From the human T2T-CHM13v2.0 reference genome, Homo sapiens, in the NCBI RefSeq assembly GCF_009914755.1, contig NC_060942.1: a stretch of 64,000 nucleotides of DNA, one strand, 5' to 3'. The notes below the pieces were generated by a model. That model saw only the letters and a program-made list of their open reading frames with translations, was not told the origin of the DNA and made no database searches. Of this stretch, positions 56,581 to 64,000 are shown in pieces (positions within the stretch are counted from its first letter, which is position 1; every line of letters begins with the position of its first letter). The position numbers and the translations under genes were made by a program.

Positions 56581-57303
56581 TTGATTCAATAAATATCTGT
56601 TAAACACTTGCACATGTATTAGCTACAGATCTGCACATTAGCAATATGGAGTGAAAGTTGAGATGTTCTCTTGGAACTTTCTTCTAGTAGGGGAGGGAAA
56701 TGACAAACAGATAAACAACATGATTGCATATATATCTTATAGAGTTAATAAAATAAGGTATTATGATAGTGATGTGCTTATCTTCTTCACACAGAGCGAT
56801 ATTTAAACTGAGACTTGGATGATGTGAAGGAGCCAGCTACAAAAGTACCTGGAGGCAGAATAGTCCAAGCTGGAAGAATAGCAAGTGCAAAGGCTCTGGG
56901 GTGGGGAATGGTCTAGATATGTAAGACAGAGCAAAGGGCCTTGGGCTGGAGCATGGTGGGGTTGTGGTTCCAGAGCCTCACATTATGAGAGAAGAGCCCA
57001 GTAGGCCATGATAAGGAATTTTGTTTCATTTTAAGTGCAATGGGAAGCCAATTGGGGGTCTGGAAAGGATAGTAAAATAAATCTAAATTATGTTTTTAAA
57101 TATTAAAAAATGAACCACACAGATGATGATGGTTTGAGCTAGGTGATAGCTATGGGCAGAATTTACAATTCTCTAAATATTAGGAAGTTAAATTGATTCA
57201 ACTTGCTGATTAACTAAATATGGAATGTGAGGCAAATATGAAAATGAGGGATGAAGCCCAGATGTTGAACCTAAATAACAGGCAGTTAGGGTTACCATTT
57301 ATT
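56581..57303 (-). mobile_element. L2 LINE 3' portion
   Basis: ttcaataaatatctgtt...gcaagtgcaaaggctctgggg...gtaggccatgataaggaattt...aagtgcaatgggaagcca. Confidence 0.8.
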
Positions 57304-57585
57304 CCCACCCTCCTGCCCCACCACCCCTAGCATCATCTTTCACTTAGATCTCGGTCACAGTCTAATATCTTGTTCACCGAATTGCGGCCTTGGTCCTCTA
57401 AATAGAGCATCCACAAAGCTGCCAGGATGATTCATAGAAAAAACAACATACCCTCATCACTCCAATTCTCACAGCCTTTCAATGACTTCCTATGTTTCAC
57501 AACAGATGACAAGCTCTCTGTACAATTTTCCATTTGCAATGTTGTATATGTAATCTGTACATGTACATGTGTAGTGTTCAATGAT

Positions 57586-58068
57586 GTGATAGGCAGAATT
57601 CTAAAATGGATTCCAAACTTCTATGCCCTAGTATATTTCGCCCTATAATTTCCTCCCCGGGATGTGTCTGTGAATACGATGCATGTCAGTATCCTAATTA
57701 GGTTATGCTGTGTATCCATGGAAGATTGTACCAAGTGGACTTGATTTAACCAGGTTAAAGCTTTTCCAAGAGGGCGGGCTCTTTCTGATGAGGCTCTCCT
57801 GCTGGCATTGCAGAAGCAAGCCATTTTGAGTTTCACAGCTGACAAAAATACATGGTTGCTCACGAACCATGTAAGCTTGGAAGAGGACTCTGACACGCAG
57901 GTGGGACACCAGCCCCACCCTGACATCATGATTACAGGCTTGTGAGACTATAAGCCAAGGTGCCAACTAAGCCATGCCTGGATTCCTGAGCTGTGAGAGA
58001 ATACACACATGTGGTTTTAAGTCACTAAGTTTGTGGTGATTTGTTATAGCAGATGAGAAACTAATGGA
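57586..58068 (+). mobile_element. MLT1E-group MaLR solo LTR
   Basis: tgtgataggcagaattctaaaatgg...ttttaagtcactaagtttgtggtgatttgttatagcag...aactaat. Confidence 0.8.
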
Positions 58069-58319
58069 ATGTGCTTTCATGTCTGAACTCTTGATTTCCA
58101 AACTTAGTCATCTTGACTAGCCTCAGCATTTTTATTTCAACAGCACCAAGTGATTTGCAAGTTCTAGCCATTCTCTAGCTTTCTTTTGCTCTCATGCCCT
58201 TGGCAATACTGGCTCCTCTTTCTAGAATTTCCTCCATCTCTCCATCATCTAATCTCTACCTGGAAACACTCATTTGGGAAGCTTCAGTTAATGGCTCATC
58301 CTCATTTCTTTATTCACTC

Positions 58320-58627
58320 TTTTTTGTTTGTTTGTTTGTTTTTCTTGAGACAGAGTCTTGCTCTATCACCCAGGCTGGAGTGCAGTGGCGCGATCTCGGC
58401 TTACTGCAACCTCTGCCTCCCAGGTTCATGCCATTCTCCTGCCTCAGCCTCCGAGTAGCTAGGACTACAGGTGCCCACCACCACGCCCGGCTAATTTTTT
58501 TGCATTTTTAGTAGAGACGGAGTTTCACCGTGTTAGCCAGGATGGTCTCAATCTCCTGACCTCGTGATCTGCCCATCTCGGCCTCCCAAAGTGCTGGGAT
58601 TACAGGTGTGAGCCACCACGCCTAGCC
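58320..58627 (-). mobile_element. AluY/Sc-like; TSD tattcactcttt
   Basis: Full antisense Alu; 12-bp direct repeats at 58311 and 58628. Confidence 0.95.
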
Positions 58628-58762
58628 TATTCACTCTTTCAGTACATATTTATTGAACTTCCACCTTTCACCAAAGGATGTAGAGTAAAAAACAGAAATC
58701 TATGCTCTCATTTCCATTATATTCCAATGGGAGGAAGAGATCATTAACCAAGTAAACAATCA

Positions 58763-59087
<325 letters not shown>

Positions 59088-59546
59088 CAAACAATAAAAT
59101 GAATGCTTAATTTCTATTTGGAATAAACTCTATGATAGAAAGATCAGACAAAAGAAAAACAATGATTCCTCCACACGGCCTCCCCAGACCATCTCTACCT
59201 GTCCCATTATTTCACATCTGCTCTCCATAGGTTGCAAGTATATCCACAGGAGGGATGCTGTTTGATTCATCTTCATATCCCTGGTACCTAAACGATATGT
59301 CGAGCACTTTGAATATGCACAGTAATGTGTGTTTCTAAATGAATATAGGATCTTTCAGTTCCTACTGGCCCCTCTAAAAGTCAGTGCAAAACATTACAAT
59401 ACCGGAGCAAAACCACCAATCTTATATCTACCCCGTCCCTGAATTATGGAGGACCTGGACTGGGACTTAATATTCAATAGAGTGGGATCTTAATTAGCCA
59501 ACTTCTCCTAGCATATTTCCCAGCATCCCTGAATTCATGTTTTAAC

Positions 59547-59583
59547 ATGACTCAGCAACCTCTTTGATTCCCCAAGTGAGTCA
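59547..59583. promoter_or_regulatory. NFE2/NRF2-sMAF (ARE) motif plus adjacent AP-1 site
   Basis: ATGACTCAGCA at 59547-59557 and TGAGTCA at 59577-59583; function untested. Confidence 0.4.
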
Positions 59584-59728
59584 TTGATCTGTTTTCCTTG
59601 ACTTGAAATCATAGATGCTGGTGTCCTTTTAGTTCCCTCTTAGTCCATTTCAGCCATTTGGGGTTTGGTTATCTCCTAGTTTTTTCTAATTCCATTCTCT
59701 GCTTGCAATTTCTCTTGCACAGATTGCT

Positions 59729-60130
59729 ATTACAATAAGCATTTACTAATTTTGAGGCCTCCTAGCAACTTTGGACACCCTTTTTACATTGAGGTAATAC
59801 ATTGCCTACCTTTTGATTCTTGGTGGGAGCCAGGTACTCAGTTCCCCAGTCTCTTTTGGAGCTGGGGTATACTCATTTGACCCAGGTACTGTTAATTAGA
59901 CTCAAGAGCTGGATTTAATATAGGAAAATAGTAGTTTTAAAAAGCAGGCCCCATGCAGAGTCCTTTCAGGGGATAGTAGTGGGAACTACATCCAGTTCCC
60001 AGGGGTAGTGGTGGTTAAGGTTCTAGTAGATGCACCCAGGACTAGCTGGCTTCTGTGATACCTGTGCCTGGCAGAGGTATCACATTGTCTCTACTGGGGC
60101 CAGTTCTGTCATGTGGCTTTTAGCATTCTT
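59729..60130 (+). mobile_element. LTR33-like ERVL LTR
   Basis: ttcttggtgggag...ccaggtactcagttccccagtctcttttggagctggg...aagcaggccccatgcagagtcc...ctacatccagttcccaggggtagtggtgg...aggttctagt is colinear with the recalled LTR33. Confidence 0.65.
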
Positions 60131-61234
60131 TGGGGCTGCATAGCCTGGAGATTCTCTGACATACCCAAAGAATCAACTGGCTTTCAATTGAAAGAACAGA
60201 CATCCCATATGATGTGCTTGGTCTCTACCACAGCCCAATGTCTACCTGGCCATTGTCCCTACTTCCTGCCATGCACACACACATGCACATGCACATGCAG
60301 AGAGTACTTGCTTTGAGTGTGGATAAAGGTCCAGAGAGTACTAGTGTCTAGGAAGGCCCCTTGGGCTTGAGTTGTTTCACTGATCTTATTTAGTCTTCAT
60401 TTGTTCTTTCCAAGCTCCTGACCTAGTCAGTTTCAATACCTTCTGTCCTTCAAATATGATTCTACCCCAACATGCTTAGCAGCTAAGGCGTTAATGGTAG
60501 GACAGTATTATTCTACAAATCTCACAAATGGAGAGCAAAAGGGACAGGTTTGGACAGTGTTTCACTTGAGGAGCAGTGCAAGACTCACCCATTTCCACAT
60601 ATCTCTACAGAGAGCAAACTCACCGTGGTGGCCTCATTAGCGGCGGTAGTACAGATCTGCTGCCAAGGAAACAACATCCTTTTTGATATCCAATGCCAGA
60701 ACTTCATCAAAAATGGAAACAGAAAGGAAGTTCTAAAACAAACAGCCTGTTTTTTTTTTTCTACACCATAATCTCAGCAGGCCCATTATATTGGCAGGTC
60801 AGCTTCCTCATGCGATTACCCACACAACACATGGGAAGCAGCAGGCAGGGCAGGACCAGGTGGAGTAGAGTTGGTCAAAGCAGCAGTTCACCACCTTTAA
60901 AAAAGAGGTGGGTGTCTCATCAGCAGGGATGACAGAGTGCCTGCAAAATGCCAAGCTCCATGTGGAGGTAGAGACAGAGGATGCTCTGAGAATCCTTGAG
61001 AATGCCAAGATGCACTTCTCAACAGCCATGCTACTATAATATATTAAGCAACCTCCTCAATGCCTCTATGTCTTTTAAAAATTATTATCGACTGCTTTTG
61101 AATTTTGCACAACAAAATGCAACTTAATTTAAGGCTCCAAGTGCAATCACGAACCATGATACTTAGCCTGAGTTAGGTATTGAACCTGTTCCTTCCTCCT
61201 GGTCTCCTGTCAAGGCACTTTCATGAGCAAAGGA

Positions 61235-61420
61235 AATGGCTGGGTATGAAAAGGGCCAGCACATGCACTTAGAGTAAAATCTAAACCAGTTTTGGTTCAG
61301 CCACATCCTATCTGCCTATCTGTGGGTGATGGGGCAAGTCACTCCCCAAGCCTGAGCAAAATAGGAATCTGTCCACACCCCACAAGTGATATAGGGCTAT
61401 GACTGGCACTTAACACATTT
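61235..61420 (+). mobile_element. MIR relic
   Basis: atgcacttagagt...tgtgggtgatggggcaagtcactccccaagcctgag...ctggcacttaa. Confidence 0.5.
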
Positions 61421-62402
61421 GTCATAGGTGGTCAATTATCATTTGCAGAATCTATTGTTGCAGAATCTGTGGCTATCCCTGTTATAAAATACAGAGTTCT
61501 AGAAACTATTTGCAGGGGGAAGAGAAAACATTAGGAATATATTAGCTGAATGGCTCCCTTTCTTACTCCTCTCTTCGGCTATGGCAGACATGGTACTGTC
61601 AGCATCTGGGTCCCCACATAAACAGCTGTCTGCATGAAACAAGCCAGGAGGCCCATATTAAATAATGAAGCTAGGATACATTAATTACACCATAGTAAGT
61701 AACTACCATATAAAATATGACCATTATATGATTGTTATTACTTTTACTACATTATTCATGCTGACATAAATATAACAGCCCACTAGTCATCAGTGTCACA
61801 CTGTTTTTATAGAGAAGGAAAATGGAGCTCAAAGCATTTAATGGCCTAATGGCCAAACCTCTAAAACACCAGAATAATGGTTGGCAATGCATGAAAAGAG
61901 GTCAGCAGGTTGGCCAATAGACAGCTTAATGACTGAGCTTTGTTTTAATTTGGACTTCCCAACCCACTGATGCCTTCCTCGCCTGTCAGCCTTATAACTG
62001 GGCAGAACAGGTTGCAACATATGGGCAAATAAATGCAGAGGTCCATGATAGGTTACCCTGGTCCAGAATATCAAACACAGTTTTCCAATTATACCGTACG
62101 AGCTTCATTTGTTTGATTCTTGAAAACAACCGTTTAGATCCCTATCAGCCCCTCATATACCAAACCTTGGAGGTGATAACTCATATCAGTTACAAGCAAG
62201 TTTGCCGACTAATATTTCTTACAAAGTGGGAAGTACAGCTATTGATTTTATCTTAACATAGAATTAAGAAAATCCAGGAAGCATTTTCCCAAGGACACAA
62301 TTGCTTTAGTCAATATAAGGTTTAATGAATTGAAATCCTTGCTCTTTTTCTGGATATCATACTACCTCTCATTAGCTCTCTAAGAGAAAGGAGAAAGAGG
62401 GG

Positions 62403-62783
62403 TGTATTATCTGTTCTTACACTGCTATAAAGACGTACCTGAGAGTGGGTAATTTATAAAGAAAAGAGGTTTAATTGGCTTACGGTTCTGTGGGCTGTAC
62501 AGGCTTCTGCTTCTGGGGAGGCTTTGGGAAACTTACAATCATGGTGGAAGGTGAAGGGGAAGCAGGCACATATTCATATGGCCAGCAGGAAAGAGGGTGA
62601 AAGGGGAAGTGCTACACACTTTCAAACAACCAGATTTTGTGACAACTCACTCACCATCACGAGAACAGCAAGAGGGAAATCCACCCCATGATTTAGTCAC
62701 TTCCCACCAGGTTCCTCCCCCAGTACTCAGGAATTACAATTTGACATGAAATTTGGGTGGAGACACAGAGCCAAATCATATCA
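62403..62783 (-). mobile_element. MSTA MaLR solo LTR; TSD agggg
   Basis: tgtattatctgttcttacactgctataaag...gacacagagccaaatcatatca; agggg at 62398-62402 and 62784-62788. Confidence 0.93.
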
Positions 62784-63639
62784 AGGGGTAAACAGGTAGC
62801 AAATGTGTAAGGCAAAGACAACTTTTTCAAATTCATAATTCTCAAAGACTTTGTCTCTATACCTGTCAAGTTGGTTGGGCTTGTTACATGCCTTGCTCTT
62901 CAGCTTCTTCCTCATACAGACCCAAAATGGACAAAGCAAGGAAAACTTTAAAAGATGAACTTTTTAAAATTATCATGAAAAGATTAAAATTTACCCTTGG
63001 TAGGCACTTAGAAAATATATAATGTAGATATATACAAATATATAGATGTGGCTGAATTTTTAATCCCTGTAGATGGCTATTCTAACTGTATATGGATATG
63101 GAAATGGCTAATTCATTCATCAAGTATTTTTGGGGGGTTCTGTGTACAAAGTAGAGTTGGGGGTTATTCCTTTCAGTCTTTTGCTAATATGTCTGGGTCT
63201 TTGTACCTCGTTAAACAGCAGTGAGAATTACCATTATTTTGTCTTTATTATCCATCTCTGCTTAATTTTCTAGTGCTATGAGAAATTTAGAAGTCAAAGT
63301 AAGAGATTTACAAGTCTCTACCAGAATTCTTTCATTAGGTACCAAGTAGGACAAATCTCATGCTGGTGGCCCTGCTACTCTCAGGATTACCCCTGAAGAT
63401 CATATGAAATGATGAACGTAAAATACTTGGTAGCAAAGGGCTATATGTGTACCAGGTATACTTATCATATTATCCAAAATTTAAAATATAACAGTGTGCA
63501 ACTTGAGAGCTGATCCTATCATGCTGTTTATTAAGAAACATTCACTGATGCTTTACATTAACTATCAAAAATCCAGATTTAATATTTTCTCTTTATTTTA
63601 AACTCACAATTTAAAGTATACTTAAATTACTAATGATTC

Positions 63640-63842
63640 TTATTTATCATTATGAAAATTTTGAAAATTTGTAAAAGTGGAGAGAACAGTATTGTGAACC
63701 TCCATGTACCAATGAACCAGTTTTAAACAATTTCCAATATATGGCCAAGTTTATTTCCACTGCTATCTCCCTCCTCCCAAACACACAGTGGATTTATTAG
63801 AGCAAACACCAAACTTTTTTTTAACCATTTCATCATTAAATA
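63640..63842 (-). mobile_element. L1MC4/5-type 3' end
   Basis: tattgtgaacctccatgtacc...atatggccaagtttatttc...gatttattagagcaaacacca...atttcatc. Confidence 0.65.
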
Positions 63843-64000
63843 TGGTCATGTGCCCTAGAGCCATGTTTCAGTCAAGGACAGACTGCATGTTAGTGGCCCC
63901 ATAAGATTATATTAGAACTGAACAATTTATATTGCTTAGTGATGACATAGTCATCCTAACATTGTAGCACAATGCATTGCTCATGTGTTTGTGGTAATGC
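63843..64000 (+). mobile_element. MER47/Tigger-family TcMar DNA transposon 5' end (continues past the window)
   Basis: gtcatgtgcc...gtttcagtcaaggacagactgcat...gtggccccataagattata...tgtagcacaatgcattgctcatgtgtttgtggtaatgc. Confidence 0.8.

Noticed and set aside
60550-61040. Protein-like frames (e.g. NAKLHVEVETEDALRILENAK; KAAVHH) suggesting a pseudogene
   Set aside because: Frames are short and interrupted, there is no poly-A or TSD, and I could not match a known protein; a fleeting CENPS-like word does not extend. BLASTX would settle it.

Overview
AT-rich primate (human-like) genomic DNA with no protein-coding exon I can support. It reads as intergenic or deep-intronic sequence and is roughly half or more transposon-derived. 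It contains about 20 Alu/FLAM/FRAM SINEs, large mosaics of old L1M LINEs, two L1PA 3' fragments, a long CR1/L3 fossil, L2 and MIR relics, an ERVL gag-pro internal fragment, solo LTRs (THE1/MST/MLT1/LTR33) and non-autonomous DNA transposons (MER5, MER58A, MER47). The ORFs in the supplied track are Alu/L1-derived or look like chance ORFs. I did not find a convincing novel biological system. The most informative structures are: two independent 5'-inverted (twin-primed) L1 insertions of very different ages; several perfect fold-back palindromes that look like template-switch products; a ~25-nt insert flanked by a 16-bp TSD-like repeat; nested LTR and Alu insertions; and a candidate RFX X-box promoter next to minus-strand splice signals that might belong to an unannotated lncRNA. 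Repeat subfamily calls come from recalled consensus diagnostics, not a RepeatMasker run, and boundaries of old repeats are approximate.
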